A stretch of 64,000 nt of DNA from a virus (taxonomy: Duplodnaviria > Caudoviricetes): positions 32,001-96,000 of the IMG/VR virus record IMGVR_UViG_3300029976_000159; one strand, given 5' to 3'. The notes under the pieces were generated by a model, which saw nothing but the letters and a program-made list of their open reading frames with translations, did not search any database and was not told where the DNA came from. A program made the translations under genes and the position numbers. This document shows, one piece after another, positions 1 through 14,729 of the stretch. Each line of letters opens with the position of its first letter. The first letter of the stretch is position 1.

Positions 1-1
1 G

Positions 2-3000
2 ATAAGAAACACGGAAGCAAACGCGCAAGAATACAGTTTGATTTATACAATAGATGAATATTATAGTTATAGCAAAAATAATAATGCAATTACGTGTAAT
101 ATTTGGAAAGATGGAATTTTATACTCTGCTACAGCTTAGTTGTCTTTTGGATAGAGCGGTAGTAACGGAACGGAATATACTCTAGAGTTAGATCTTTAGG
201 AACCGGATGGCGTAGTTACCATAGATGGGGTTGCCTCAGCCGCAGGATTGTATTATTTAGCTTTTAAAAAGATAGATAGTAATTCTTGGGGAGCTAATGC
301 AAATGACCTGTATGAGCAAGTAGAAGAAAACTCTTATACTATTTATAAAAAGATTTCTTATGCAGAAGCGGTAGAAAAATAGGTAGAAGGGGTAGAAGAT
401 ATTTATGTTCTGGCTAATTACGTTTCAGTTGTGGAATATGATAAGCCCAAAGCAAGCGATTTATTAAAAACAAATTATACTTATTATATTTAGAATACTG
501 ACGGTTCATATATCTAGGTTGATAGCGACACGCAAAAGGAATTAGACAATGAAATAAAAGAAATTAATGAGAATAATATTTCAAGTAATGAAAAAATTGA
601 AAAGATTAATGAAATATTTGCAAAATCAGAAAAAATATATTATTATGCAAAAGAAGTTAAAGAAAGCGCTACGACCGGCACGAAAAAATATTACAGATAT
701 GAAAATGGTGAGTATATTCTGGCTAATGTAACTAATGTTACCGGTGATAGTAAAGTAATTGCTAATTTATATGACCAGAATCATTAGGCTTTAGATATAA
801 CTGAATATCCAATAACTTGGTCTTGGCTAACTACAAATTAGAAGTTATTTAATATTCAAGATGATAGTTATAATAGTATTATTCTCCAATAGCAAAGTGT
901 AGATGAGCCAATAAATGAAATATGTATTCTTCAAGCTTCTTTGACTTTTGGAGATGTATAGCTGTCAGCTTATCTGCCGATTCCCCTGAGAAGCAGCTAT
1001 GTACCAGTTAAGTATCAAGGTCCAACTAGAATAATATACTCCACAACGGGAACGCCCAATTATTATAAAAACGCTATTAAGTTATTTTATAATGACGAAA
1101 CCGGAGCATTGGTTGAATATCCATTAGCTTTAGGTACACAAAATGATTCAAATAAGTTTTCGATATACAGCAAAGAAAATGAAAAATATTTACCGAGTAT
1201 TGAAGAAAACACGAATGACTTAGAATAGACTTTAAAACCAAAAAGTTTATACATTGACGGTATTAACCCTTTTGCTATCTAGTATAAAGATGGAAGCGGT
1301 CAAGTTGTTTGGACTTAGCCTATTCTTTATTTGCAGAACAGATATTTTTCGTCTACCTTAAATTAGTGGGATGGAAAACTATCAGTTGATAATGATAAAG
1401 ATACTATATTGGCTAAATCAATTGCCGCTGGTAAGAAAAATTCTGATAATACTTTTTCGGGAGTTATTATAGGCGATTGGACAGGCAATACAAATGCTAA
1501 CGACCCCTAGGAAGAAGACATGGATACAATTCATACTGCTCTTGGAATTTATGGTATTAACAAGGGTGCTACAAGTTTTGGATTTACTGAGAATGGTACT
1601 GGGTTTATTGGTAAAAGCGGCAATGGTAGAATTTTATTCGATGGTGATAAGAGTGTTATTACTTCTGGAAATTGGTATAATAATCGTTAGGGATTATATC
1701 TTGATATAGATGATGGTTTCCTATTGGCGCAAAAAACTGGTACAATAGGTGATAAGAATACAGAAAGTGTTTAGTATATTAAAATAAACGCTAAAGCCAC
1801 TTAGGACAAATATATCGGTGACAATGTTACCACATAGAACTTTGAAGGTCAATTTAAATCACCAGTGGCTATTCCCAAACCAGGAGATAATAAGGATTCA
1901 GATTATCCTTTTGTTATTCGTGGTGATGAGAACAACTATATTAAGATGGGTTGGAAAGGTGATTTAATATTACATGGTACTCATTCTGGTACAGAGTTGA
2001 ATAGTAAAGCAAGTGAAAATACATCATCAGAAAAAGTTTCTTATATATAGGTTACTAGTTTAAAGACATTTACAAAAGCTAGCGATTATGATTGGTATAC
2101 ATATAATAGTACTGATAAAGAGTATCAATCATGTGAAGCCCCAGAAGGTATTGCAAGTGATAATTATACTAGTTCCAATTATACAAAATATTATATTAAA
2201 GAAACGACAGAAGATGATACAAATGTGTATGGTATATCATTATCGGCTTCAGCTAAAACATATCCGTTAAATATTTCTGACCATTTTGCTACTATGTGGG
2301 ATGGTTCATTAATTATTAGCGCTAATGAAATCAGTCAGACCTATGGTGCTACAGATAGTACAAGAAAGTATTAGAATGTTTATGGCAGAGGTATTACTAA
2401 ATAGACTATAGATACGAGTATCGTCACATGGGAAGATTTGGCTGGTTTGTCAATTGCAGATAATGATACGGTTAATGGTGGTGATATCTTTACCACGGTT
2501 GATAATAAGCGTAGATATAATTATACTGCGCGAATGAACCATTTAGATACGAAACCATTACACTATTCGGATGACAACTCGATTGCATATGGTGATTATA
2601 CGAATATGAGCAAAAAAAACTGGTCAACAAAGACTAAAAATAGTTATGATTATTCTGAATTGAGCGGGAGCTTCGAGGGATTTTATGCCACTCCTTATGG
2701 AGATTTATATTTATCTAAAAAATTGGTTATAGGCAATAATTTTTCAGCTACAAGAGATGGGTATTTAAGAGCTAAAGATGCTTTGTTTGAAGAATGTAAT
2801 GCTGATAGTTTTAATATAGTATATACAGACAGTATGGATGCTAACGGTAACTCTAATAGTCTGTATAATGGCTTAACTAAAAAGTAGTATTTGTCTTTAG
2901 TATATGGAAATCCTTATTATACCCCAGTTGCTGGTAATATTGGTATATTAACTGGGTATACTGGAGAAACTAACTCTTCTAAAACCTTAAATTTAGGTAT

Positions 3001-4393
3001 TGAAAGCTATACTGATTTTGGTATTAAATTAATATCTAATACCAATATCAGTGTTGAAGCTAGGCGGGACAGCTTAGAGGGTGGGGTTGATAAAACAGAC
3101 CTCAGGGGGTTGTTTTCTTTAACTGGTAAGAAGAACGCAAGTAATGTTGGCGGTATTTATATTAAAGGTAGAAAATTAGAAGCAACAACATCATAGAATA
3201 TTAATTTAATAACTTAGTATAATAATAACTATTTAGAAGATTATTATTAGGAACCCTCGGACGAAAGCGACACCGAATATAGTGGAGAAACACCAGACCT
3301 TAATAATGCTAATACTAATTTTTTAAATATAATTGAAAATTTAAATATTAAGTTGTAGTCGGATAATCATATTTAGATGTCTGGTATTAATTTTAGGTAT
3401 GAAGCTGGTGTTAGCAGTGAGCGGAATGAAGGTTACAAAGGCTATTCTATAGGCAGTGATATGATGGGATTGATATTGAATAGTAAAGTTTTATCGGAGT
3501 TTACACAATCTTATTTCACGATGAAAGGCGAAGATAGTTACGGCTTATGGGATCAGACCAGAGGCATTCCCACTTAGATATTTTCTACTCCTGGCTTTAT
3601 CGGATTAAGAGCAGGAAATGTAAAAATTAACCTAAGAGGCTACACAGCATTAGTAGAGACTAATTATCCATACGATAATGGTATAGATTAGAATGCCATT
3701 GAAAGTTGTTCTCACTCATTAAGTTATAATAGCGCTAACCTGTCTTTTGGTATAGCTGAAAACACTTTTATTCAACTGTTTTAGGACGATTCTCCTGAAG
3801 GTTCTACAAATATTACTACATATGGCTTATATAACACAATTAAATTATCAGCTGAAAGAATTTTACAACAAGTTGAGCATTCGAACGGTGTTATTAATTT
3901 AGGTGTGTTTAGACCAAGTGGTGATGGGGAAAATCTGTCCCTTTCACAACGATGCCGCGGTTATATGAGAATTATGAATAGTTTAAATAAATTTTGGAAT
4001 GGCTCTGAGACAATAGTGCAATAGGGCAATGAAAATTACTTAAAACTACATGGTGACAAGTCAGCTACTTCAACAGAAGCAGTCACTCCCAGTGGTATAG
4101 AATTAGTTTCAAATGGCAACAGCTATATTAAAATGAATTAGTATGATTATACTCCGATAACCGGATCTTCGAGTTCTAGTAAGAAGCAAACTTTAAAATT
4201 ATATCATTCTCAGTATGTACAAGTACAAAGTGGCTCAGAACTTAGTCTTATTGCTTCAGACTTATTAAGTAAAGCAACTAACTTAACCACCTATGGAACA
4301 ACTTATACGATTAACGGTACAGGGAATGCCACATTAACTGTTAATAATATATCACCGGAAAATCAACATGGAATTTACGCACGATTTGCGTAA
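2..4393 (+). CDS. Large virion/tail protein, 5'-truncated (>1460 aa with TAG=Gln)
   Basis: Track ORFs 1865, 2438, 2891 and 3377 share one frame, and the interruptions I read are TAG (e.g. 137, 152, 197). Ends TAA at 4391-4393. Gly/Asn/Thr-rich, beta-type sequence (AGKKNSDNTFSGVIIGDW, GFIGKSGNGRILFDG). Function inferred from context. Confidence 0.7.
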
Positions 4394-4416
4394 CGGAGAG
4401 AAAGGAGATTACAATA

Positions 4417-4557
4417 ATGGAAACTTTAAAACAAATTTACGATTTAATAACAACAATAAGCGTCAAGGGTGACGATACAATAAAAATGGCAAATATAATT
4501 CTTTTAATTCGTCAAGAGTTATCTAAGGCGCAGCTTCAGGAGGAACAAGATGGCTAA
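4417..4557 (+). CDS. Small hypothetical protein (46 aa)
   Basis: RBS AAGGAG, then ATG at 4417 (METLKQIYDLI...), TAA at 4555; overlaps the next start. Confidence 0.6.
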   Translation: METLKQIYDLITTISVKGDDTIKMANIILLIRQELSKAQLQEEQDG

Positions 4558-7500
4558 ATTATATCCCCCAATAATAGGAGATATAATTCCAGCATTTTAT
4601 GGGGATAGTTTAACTATCCCCTTTTCTCTTAATCGAGCAACCGGAATTTCTGAAGTGGCTAAAATGTCACTTGTATTGAAATCTCCTATTACAAATTAGA
4701 AATTAGGTGTTGTAGAAACTACGAATTTTTCGAGTTCTTCAGTAACTTTTAATATAGGTAATATAAAAGACGATCTATTTGCGGGAGGCTTTGTAAAAGC
4801 ACAAATAGCTTTTGTAGACGAGCAGGGGGTTGTAGGTTACTATTCTGAAGTTGGCGTTGTCAAATATGTAGGTGAAAATGCTCCAGTCGTTGAATTGAGC
4901 GAATTACTTACAGGGGGTTATAGCGCAACTTACACCTGTGAGGATATAACTGAAAAAATTTATTCTTATACTTTTAATTTATATGACACAGACGGTAAAC
5001 TATTAGATAGCTCAGGAGAGAAATTACACGATTCTACGGGTGACGTATATAGGTCACAGACTGATACCTGGGTTCCCGCAATTTTGCTAGACAATACCAT
5101 GAATTGTTCTTTAGAGTTTATAGCCACTACAATTAATTCTATGGAGCTGCGTCAAACGCAAACGGTGACCGCAAAAAAAGATGAAAAGGGATATTGTCCA
5201 AGAGGCATAAGGTTGAACGCAACATTAAATAGAGAATAGGGTTACGTCAATTTGTCTATTGGATCAAGGATTCAAAATGATACTCGTAATCTTATGTATG
5301 GCACTTTTGAAATATTTAAAACTAGTTCTAAAGATAATTTTGATAGTAAGTATAGAATTGCTTATTTTAAATTAGAGAATTAGGATTTGTATGAAAAGGA
5401 ATTTAAAGATTTAACTGTTGAAAGTGGTTATAAATATCAATATGTTTTATAGCAAATAAATGATTATGGAATTTACTCCGAAGAAATCGTGAGTAATATA
5501 GTTGAGGTACATTATGAAGATTTATTTTTATTTGACGGTATCCGTCAATTAAAAATAGAATATAATCCTAAAATTTCAAGTTTTAAAGATACTATTCTTG
5601 AATAGAAAACTGATACAATAGGAAGTAAATTTCCTTTTATATTTAGAAATAAAACTGTTAAATATAAAGAAATTCCTATTAGCGGTTTAATTTCTTATAA
5701 AATTGACAATGAAAATTTATTTATGACGGATGACGAACTTTGGATTAATACAAGTGGTTCACGTCAATGGACGCATAATCTAGTTGATGACAATATAGTT
5801 GCGGAAAAATTATTTAAATTGCGCGTTATGGAATGGTTAGAAAACGGCGAACCAAAATTATTCAAATCGCCAGTCGAAGGTAACTATGTCATTAGACTTT
5901 TGTCTGTTTCACTTGCGCCGACTGATGCTCTAGGTCGTATGTTACATACGTTTACGGCTACCGCTTATGAAATCGACAATGTAGAGGATTATAATTTTTG
6001 TCAAGCCCTTACTATCGAGCGTACCAATCGGTATGTCGGTTTCCGCACTATTCCGCTATATGATTTCCCATTAAAAAACATTGTAGTTAAAGCTACAAAT
6101 GGTGATTTAATTACTGTGAATAATAATTCTTTATATGAAATTATAGGTAATAAAGCCCTGGAATATGTTGTTGGAGTGCGATTTGAGGATGTAAAGCCAC
6201 GCACGCAATTTAAATTAGAGCTAGAAAGAGGCAACGATTTGGTTTCATTTGTTGTGACTATTGGAGCAACCGGAGTTTATTATTTATCTCGAAAATTAGG
6301 GTATCATATTAAATCTATTAAATTGATTAATAAAAATTGGGAGACAGGTGACTATGATTTTGATATAATTAATAATCGGGGTCAAATTACCTATGAATTT
6401 GAACGACAAGCTGTCCACCTTAATTTTAATGATATTACATCTATTGATGCAGCTATTGTTTCTGGTTTGCCTTGGTATCCAACGATGTTTAAAACGTATC
6501 TTGAAGAGCCATTGGTTAATGCGGACAACAAAGTTTTATATATGTATAAAAAGGCTTATGAATAGGAAGGATATATAGAAGTTGTGGAAGCAATACCAGA
6601 AGACGAGAGTGAAAAAACTCTTTTTATATATGGTGTTGATTATGATAAAATAGATGAAGATGGTAATATCTATAAAGATAATAATATAATAGGCACAAAA
6701 GTCGTAAGTGGGGGTTGTTTTTATGAAAACGGCGATCCCATTTATAATTATATACCAGCTACAGAATTAACTTATTTAAACGATGAAGAGCAAGTACAAA
6801 TTAATGATAGTGGAAGTACAGTTGTTTATAATCACAAAGATTATGATTGGACACCGCAAACTTTTGGTGGTGCATTGGATGGCTATAATGCTATTCAAGT
6901 TTACAGAGCTTTTGGAACTGCTGATAATTATTACAAATTGCGTTCGGGCGATTATGTTGAAAAAGTTACCGATAATCCCGAGGGACTTGAATATTATGAA
7001 AATGTTTATTTATGTGATAAATTATACTTAGATGGATCGTATATGTTTATTCCGCAAGTTAATAATCAAAATGTATAGCAATATGACCATATAGTTACAA
7101 GTGCCGATGGAGAATGGCGAAATCCTTATTACACTCGTGTTTATTATATAAATACAGCTGATACATCTCACACAGAAACAAAAAAAGTTGATGATGAAAC
7201 TATAACAATAAATTTATACCCAGTTTCTGCGGGCACGATTCCCCACTATAACTTAAGTGTTGCATATAATACTGATTATGACACTCCAACCAATTTAACC
7301 GAAGCTTTTGAGATGATGCCAGTGTCAAGAAATTTTATAACCAATAGGTATTACGATGTTCAAAATATTAACGGTGAATACTACAATAAAGAAACGGTTT
7401 TAAATATTTATGATATGTATTTTTCATAGATACAAGTTTTTTATGAAGAGTATATGAACTATATTTGGAATTTTACTTACGATTAGTGTCGAAGCAGATA

Positions 7501-8266
7501 CGAAGATATATTCAAGGACGGCGGTTACCAAGGTACTAAGCGTTTGATTTTTGTTTACGGTGATGCCGCAGAAGTAGGAGCGGGAACCAATACTCGCGCA
7601 CTTATTTATAGCGGAGAAATGTTATATGATATTATTCGATTAGGTGAGGTAGAAGGATTAGAGCAAAGCGATATTAGTTCTTACCTCTTGGATGAAAGAT
7701 ATTGGGAAGTAAATTCTTCAATGGATAAAATACAAAATCATTGGGATTTCTTTAAAAAACTTTATAATTTACCGGATGATGCAACAATAACTTCAGAAAC
7801 CACAATAGAAGAATTAATATATAAGTACGGAAAATATTTTACTTATTATATTCGCAGCTTAAAAGAGGGAACGGGAGTTTATATTTGGAAAAAAGTTGAT
7901 ACCTCTACTTTGACAAGCTAGATTGACATATTAGATAAAAAAAAATACCCCGAAATTTATTTTAATTTACGCCAATAGGCAATTAAAAATTATAATTTAG
8001 CAACATTTCCAAAAGAAAATGAAATTATATTCGGCTATGATGCTGACGAGGCTGGAAAAACTTCGTTTAGACACGTAGATTTAACTTAGAGATTGGATTA
8101 CGAGGTGCCTTGTACGGATTAGAAACAAGGCATTTAGAACATTGCGGCTGTTTATATGGGCGATAACGTGCGCGGTTTTTGTAACTACAAGCGCAAAGGT
8201 TATAGCTATAATATAGATGGAGTTAAATATACTTGGAAAGCTCTATCTGGCACCGGGAGGGATTAA
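4550..8266 (+). CDS. Large structural (tail/baseplate) protein, ~1238 aa with TAG=Gln
   Basis: GGAGG RBS, then MAKLYPPIIGDIIPAFY. Track ORFs 4895, 5723, 6584 and 7544 are in the same frame, joined across TAGs. TAA at 8264. Confidence 0.7.
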
Positions 8267-8268
8267 AA

Positions 8269-10581
8269 TTGGCAAATCCATTAAATGATAAAACTTTTTT
8301 ATTAAAATTAGATAAACAAAGAGCAAAAGATGTTTATGCTCGTATTACATTGCTAACTTTTCAAGAAACTCCAGTAGCATATATAGAGGGTAGAGTTACA
8401 TCAGGAACGATTAATGTGGACGGCTCGAGTGCCGTCCGCCGCACTTGTAATTTATCTATGGTCGCTTTAGAAGACGAAGTTAATTTATTCTATATGGGTA
8501 TAGATAGAAAATTTAAATTAGAAATAGGCTTAAATAATAATATAGAATCTAAATACCCAGATATTATTTGGTTTCCAATGGGAATGTATATAACTTCCAG
8601 CTTATCTACTTCTCGCTAGACAAATAATTATACAATTTCTATAGGCGGTAAAGATAAAATGTGTCTGCTGAACGGCGATGTAAGTGGCGCTTTGCCAGCT
8701 TCTACGGACTTTGCAACTATAGAAAAGGTAAGTAAGGATGGTAAAACAACCATATATTCTGATGTCCCGGTTAAAGATATTATTTTTAATGCTGTAGAAA
8801 ATTACGGGAATGAATTACCGTTTAATATTATTTTAAATGATTTAGAAGATTGTGGTTATGAGTTACTTGAGTATCGTGGTGATACTACGATGTATGTCTT
8901 CGTAAATAATAATTTAGTTAATCCTTACGAACAAATAACTTTAGATAAAAAAACGCTCGTTTATATCGAAGAAACGACCGGGGAACGAAGCGTGCGCACT
9001 ATAGGAGAGTTAGAAAACGATAGTGATTTTGTTTTTAATAATTTAACTGATAGTCTTCTAGCAGATTCAACAGCTAGTAGAGTTTATTTGAGTATTGATG
9101 ATGAAACTGCGTACACCATAGCTAAGGTAATTTCCGGAAATACAGCTGGTTATAGACAAACTGAGGTTACTTATGCTGGAGAATTAATTGGTGGAATTGG
9201 CGATTCAATTACTTCTATATTAGACAAAATAGTTTAGATGTTAGGTAATTATGAATATTTTTATGATATAGATGGGCGTTTTATATTATAGAAAAAGCGC
9301 ACTTATCAATATGAACATTGGAAGCCAACGCAGTTAGGAACAGGTACTGATGTATTATTTGAACCAAATATAGAAAAAGGAAATGTTTTTTATAGTTTTG
9401 AAGATAATGTATTAATTACCAATCTTAACAACACTCCTAATCTATTAAATGTAAAAAATGATTTTTCAATTTGGGGTGCGCGGAAAGGTGTTTCAGGCGC
9501 AGAATTAGATATACATTTGCGTTATGCTTTAGACTCTAAACCAACGAAATACACGACATATAAACTTGCGGATACGGACGGTTTAACAATTAGTGATAAA
9601 AATAAAGCGCAATGGACTTATATAGCTGGTGATGACGGGACTTATGAGCTAGATGAAGATGCGACTAATACAATTATTTGCGATTGGCGAGAGATCTTAT
9701 ACCAAATGGCTTTAGATTATTATAAATATCATGATACTAAAAATGATTTTTATAAGCAAATTGCAACTAATACCGTGGGTGAGGACGGTTTACCGCTGTT
9801 TCCCGACGGACGCACGCACTATGAGCAATATTATACTGATTTAACTGGCTTTTGGAGAGATATATTTACTCCAAATGAAACAGGATTTTTTCGCCAATGT
9901 TTATTAACTAATGGTACTTACATTAAAAATGAATATTACACTAAAAAAGAACAAGATAGTGAGGTTGTAGATAGATTTCCGGTATACACCCAATGTGAAG
10001 ATGCTACTTATGACGAAGATAAAATTTATTATGAGTTGGTTGAAAAAACTAGTAAAGATAGTTACTATTTTTGTGAAAATGTACGAAAATACCCCGATCA
10101 ACTTAACTTTTGGTTTGATTTTTATGATTGTAAAGTTAGTGATATTGGTAAATATTCAGTTAAAGCTATAGGTTAGCGGTCAAAAAACGTTAAAGATGAA
10201 AATGTAACTTCTATATATTATAGAGAAACTCCACAAATAATTTTTGCAGACACAGATAATTATAGTACAATTGAACGCAATTCTGCTTATACTTATGTTT
10301 AGTCCGACAATTCTTTAGAAAGTTGTATGGTAGTAAGTTCACAGTAGAAAAGTGCTTGGGAAGTTGCGCAAGAATATTTAAATGATTATACGGCTGTAAC
10401 TGAGAGTTTATCGTTTACGAGTATTCCTGTATATTATTTGAAACCCAACGTGCGCATTAGTTTAAAAGATAATATATCTAAAATGAACGGAGAATATTTA
10501 ATAAATAAGATTACTTATTCTTTAAGTTATAATGGTACTATGAGTGTTAATGCTACGAAAGTTATAGAGAATATTAATTAA
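8269..10581 (+). CDS. Putative tail/baseplate hub protein (DUF5048-like), ~770 aa with TAG=Gln
   Basis: GGGAGG RBS and TTG start. ORFs 8233, 8659 and 9517 are in frame. Motifs GTINVDGSSAVRRTCNL and C-terminal IPVYYLKPNVRI. TAA at 10579. Confidence 0.6.
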
Positions 10582-10602
10582 GAGAAAGAGGAGGAAGATT
10601 TT

Positions 10603-10992
10603 ATGGCAAGCTATTATATTGCTTAGGCTTATGGCTATTACAATAACGGAAAAATAAACTGGGAATATCATGATAGTAATCCTGGCGATTCTATATTTGC
10701 TGATATAACTGGTAGCCCCTCGACCATTGGAAAAGCTGAATATAATATATATTATTTTGGTGTATAGAGTTTACCGGGTGTGCGCTTTTCAATTAATGAT
10801 AATATAACTGAAAGTAATGCTCTCGTGCGAATAGGTTAGACGGGCATTTTTGAATTAAATTTAATGGATACTTTTCCGATTAATACTATTAAATTTGATA
10901 ATTTGAGTACTATGCTAACGGAATAGTAGAATTTATAGAATAATAACTATTGTTTAATAGATGTAATTTATACAGAATAGGAGGTGAGCTAA
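10603..10992 (+). CDS. Hypothetical structural protein (129 aa with TAG=Gln)
   Basis: GGAGG RBS, ATG at 10603, several in-frame TAG (FGVQSLPGVRFSIN), TAA at 10990. Confidence 0.6.
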
Positions 10993-13900
10993 TTGACCGG
11001 AGTTTATGGAAAACGTTCAATCATACCGAATAATTATTATTTTACATTTGACAAGATATATGCAGACGAAGCCACGCTTAAATAGAATGAAACTGCAGAC
11101 GGTGTCTTAATAGGTAGGTGCGCGTTAGCCTAGGAAGAGCATACTGTCTGGTTAAAAACAGTCGGTGGCTACATTAAAGTTGCTATTCTTGATTAGACCG
11201 GGCGATTTTAGTTATCCGAAGGGTATTAGCTCGCAGCCACTGACGATATAGACTTATTAACAGCCAATGGATATGTTAGAAATGGTGATGGTTTATACGT
11301 AGTTGATTTTGATACTGTTGCTGTTGGATATAATAATGCGGCATTAGAATATGATGCATATGGGCGGCAAGAGTGGTCAACAGTAGGGCAAGGACACTGG
11401 CCCAGTATAAAGGGATTAACTGATCAGTCTTATTTGTCAAGCAAGGTATTTTTATTAAGATAGGTATCTAAGGTGTTAGACAGTACGGATAATAACTATG
11501 TGCAGGTAACGAGTGTAGCTTCGATGGATCCAAAAGTTACTTACTATATAAAAGAAGAAGATGGTACTTTTACTCCTAAAAACCTTACTAAATTAGACAT
11601 TTCTGGTTTAACAACAGCTCAGGCTGAGAATTATTATACTTTAGCTACGGTTGACGTATATTTATATTAGATTATGACAGAAATTGGAAGTAGTAAGATT
11701 ACTGATGAAGATACGGCTCGCGCTAATTTAAATCACGCTAATAAAACTTTTTATAGATATATGAAAGCGCGTTTTAAACAGGTTGACGCTAGTACTACTA
11801 CTAAAGATAATTGGAAAACATATTTTACTTTTGATACTTATTTCACTAAAGCCGATGCTCCAGACACATTAACGTCTAGCTATTGGTATATAGAGAATAT
11901 TTACACGGGTGCAAAAAAATATTCAGCATCAACAGACAATTGGTCAAACTGGTATGACATTACAGAAGCTTATACTGGTTACGTGGGTTACCTCAATCCA
12001 GCAACAGCAGGAAATGGATTAAAAATAGACTCTGCCTCAGTTAGAAACAACGATGGCACTGTTCCTTTTAATCCCTACTCCATTTATTATACAAACGAAG
12101 ATTGTACAACATTAGCTGAAAATATTACTGAAGAAGATTATTTAAATTTATCTAATAAAAAATATTATGTTAAAAATAATGCTAAACGAAATAATTTAAT
12201 TGACGATAGTAATCTTGTAGAAGCCATTAATAGTTTAGATGAAATTTTGGGTAGTAAAACTAGAATTGAAACTAGTGAAAATGGACAAGTAAATTCAATT
12301 ACAAATGGTTCTTTAAGTACAAATTTAAATAATGATGCGAGATCGTATTATATTCCTGAAGACAATGTAATGGATATTTTGGTTCATTAGGATGCTGATA
12401 TTGGTTTTATTGAAAATATAAGCTGTGACAATACTTATAATGTACGGTTTGTAAAAAGCAGGGATGGTGAGTATTCTAATACACGCTCGGTGAGAACGGA
12501 TATAACTTCTTTAACTGAATTTGTTTAGAAACTAGATGATGCTCTTGGAGGGCAAATGAGATTGGGGCAGGACAAAGGATATGTAAACAACCCTCAAGAG
12601 GAGAAGAATACAGTTACAGGTACGGACGCATCCGACGAGAGACCATACTGTGTTCTTGAACAAAATGCCATAGATGCTATAGTTAAATTAGCTGCTGACA
12701 TTGGTCTTTTAAACGATGAGAAATTAAAGAATAATAATTTAATTTTCACTAATACTGCAGCGAGTAAAGACATGACGACAGCTATGAAAGCCCAAGTAAT
12801 TTCATTAACAGATGCTATTTAGCATTTGAGCAAGAATATTATTGGCGATGTGCCCGAGGGTTTTGACAATAATATAATGAATAACATTACTGGAACAGAG
12901 ACTTTAGTTACTAGTGTAAACAGTTTTAATACCGCTATTGGGGATATTACTCACATTTATGAAGATAATATAACTTATACGAGAGATGATGCGGGAAATA
13001 TAGTACCTATCGGTACATAGCTAGGAACTGCGGGTAAAACTGGTTCTCTATCAGATAATGCTCATACTTCTTTATCTCAAAAATTACAATATTTAATTAC
13101 TGAATTATTAGGTTATAGAAGTCAATATACAAATCTCAACTACAATGGAATTATAAAAGATAGCTCTATTATTAGCAACATTAACGTTTTAAACGACTCA
13201 ATAGGTAATAGATTAGAAAACTTAACTTATAATCCAATAGATGACAAGTCAAACGAAGTAAATAATATTAAGTTGGGGCAAGACATAACTACAGCAGTTA
13301 TCTCTCTCAATGCCGCTATTGGAGATATTACTCAAATTATAGAGGATATAGATGAAACTGATAGTTACAATTATTTGGGTAAGATAGACAGTAATAACGT
13401 AACGGGATCTTTAAGCGATAATAACTTGTCTTCATTATCTCAAAAAATACAATATTTAATTGATAACTTGTTGGGTAGAAAAAGCAGTATTTCCTATAAA
13501 GATGTTTATGATGATAACGGTGAAGTAACTGACAACACAGAACCAATTAATGACATTGATCGTAAAATGTCAGTAACTCAAATGATTAGTTATCTTAATA
13601 CTGATGTTATTGGCGATAAAGATAATTGGAGTACCTCAAATAATTTAAAGTCAGCAGAAAGTTTAGTGAGTAATTTATTAACTTTAGATAAAGCTTTGGG
13701 AAATATTTCTGATGATAAACAATATACGGAAATCAGTTCTTTGCATAATCGTGTTCAAAAAGATGAGCAATATGCTGGATTAATAGGTGCTATTAATTAC
13801 ATTACAGAATAGTTAATAGGTGATATGCGCAAAGATACTTCAGATATAGATAATTGTGATAATCGAGCGACTTTACAAGAACAAATAGATGAAGCAAGAG

Positions 13901-14001
13901 AAAAAATAAATACATTAAATCAAAATTTAAATATGACAGATACGATAGTTGACCAAATAAAATTGACACAGGCGGGAGTTATTTATTGGTAGACTCTATA
14001 A
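10993..14001 (+). CDS. Putative tail fibre/whisker-like structural protein, ~1002 aa with TAG=Gln
   Basis: GGAGGTG RBS and TTG. ORFs 11473, 11674, 12556, 12826 and 13273 are in frame. Repetitive helical C-terminal half. TAA at 13999, followed by a terminator. Confidence 0.6.
12928..13461 (+). repeat. Intragenic imperfect duplication in the fibre protein
   Basis: NTAIGDITHIYED...GSLSDNAHTSLSQKLQYLI (12928-13098) versus NAAIGDITQIIED...GSLSDNNLSSLSQKIQYLI (13309-13461). Confidence 0.75.
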
Positions 14002-14006
14002 TTTTT

Positions 14007-14040
14007 AGGGGAAGTCTTAATTGACTTCCCCTGTTTTTTT
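14007..14040 (+). terminator. Rho-independent terminator
   Basis: AGGGGAAGTC-TTAATT-GACTTCCCCT followed by GTTTTTTT. Confidence 0.9.
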
Positions 14041-14151
14041 ATTGTTGTCTTTTGTCCTTAACTTTTGGAATTTTTTTTGGTAAAATCTGCAAATTTATTG
14101 GCAATAATTTTTAAATAGTAGTGGAAAGCTAAAAGAAAGGAGAAATGTAAT

Positions 14152-14460
14152 ATGTATTATCAATAGCTTCCACGACCGAGTAGTCTTAAAGGAAGACCTG
14201 TAAGCTCAGTAGACGAAGTGCGGGCTAGCGCAGTTGACTTTGATGGATCAATTTTTTATTTTCCAAATTTAGCCAACGACAAAATCTATACCAAACAAAT
14301 TAATTTAGACGGCACTTCAAGTATTAAGGTATATGAGCTTGCGCAATTGCCCGAACCAGTTCAATCAAATTCTTTTGTAACTAAAGAAGAATTTGATAAA
14401 ACAATTAAGCAATTGTTAGAGTAGATAACTAAAAAAGAAGCCGAAAGTTTTAATTTTTAA
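14152..14460 (+). CDS. Hypothetical protein, module gene 1 (102 aa with TAG=Gln)
   Basis: AAGGAG RBS; MYYQQLPRPSSLKGRPVSSVDEVRA...; TAA at 14458. Confidence 0.7.
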
Positions 14461-14473
14461 GGAGTGATTTAAT

Positions 14474-14695
14474 TTGAACCCGTTAATGTTAATTATGCAA
14501 GGGCAAAATCCGCAACAAATTATTATGTAGATGTTGTCTTAGAATGCGGGAAACCCCATGATTAAAAATTTATTGTAGTTAGCGCAAAATCATGATGCTG
14601 GTGGTATTGAGAGCTTTGCGCGCAACATTTTAAAAGAAAGAGGTATGGATTTTGATAGTGAATTTAATTCCTTTAGGCAACGCTTAGGGATTTAA
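14474..14695 (+). CDS. Hypothetical Met/Gln/Asn-rich protein, module gene 2 (73 aa with TAG=Gln)
   Basis: AAGGAG RBS and TTG; MNPLMLIMQGQNPQQIIMQMLSQNAGNPM...; 3 in-frame TAG; TAA at 14693. Missed by the ORF track. Confidence 0.7.
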
Positions 14696-14729
14696 ATAAT
14701 ATATTATCAAAAAGGAGGATGAACATATA

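Noticed and set aside
1-14001. Pseudogenised or degraded structural region suggested by the fragmented ORF track
   Set aside because: The interruptions I read are all in-frame TAG, with no frameshifts; recoding explains them
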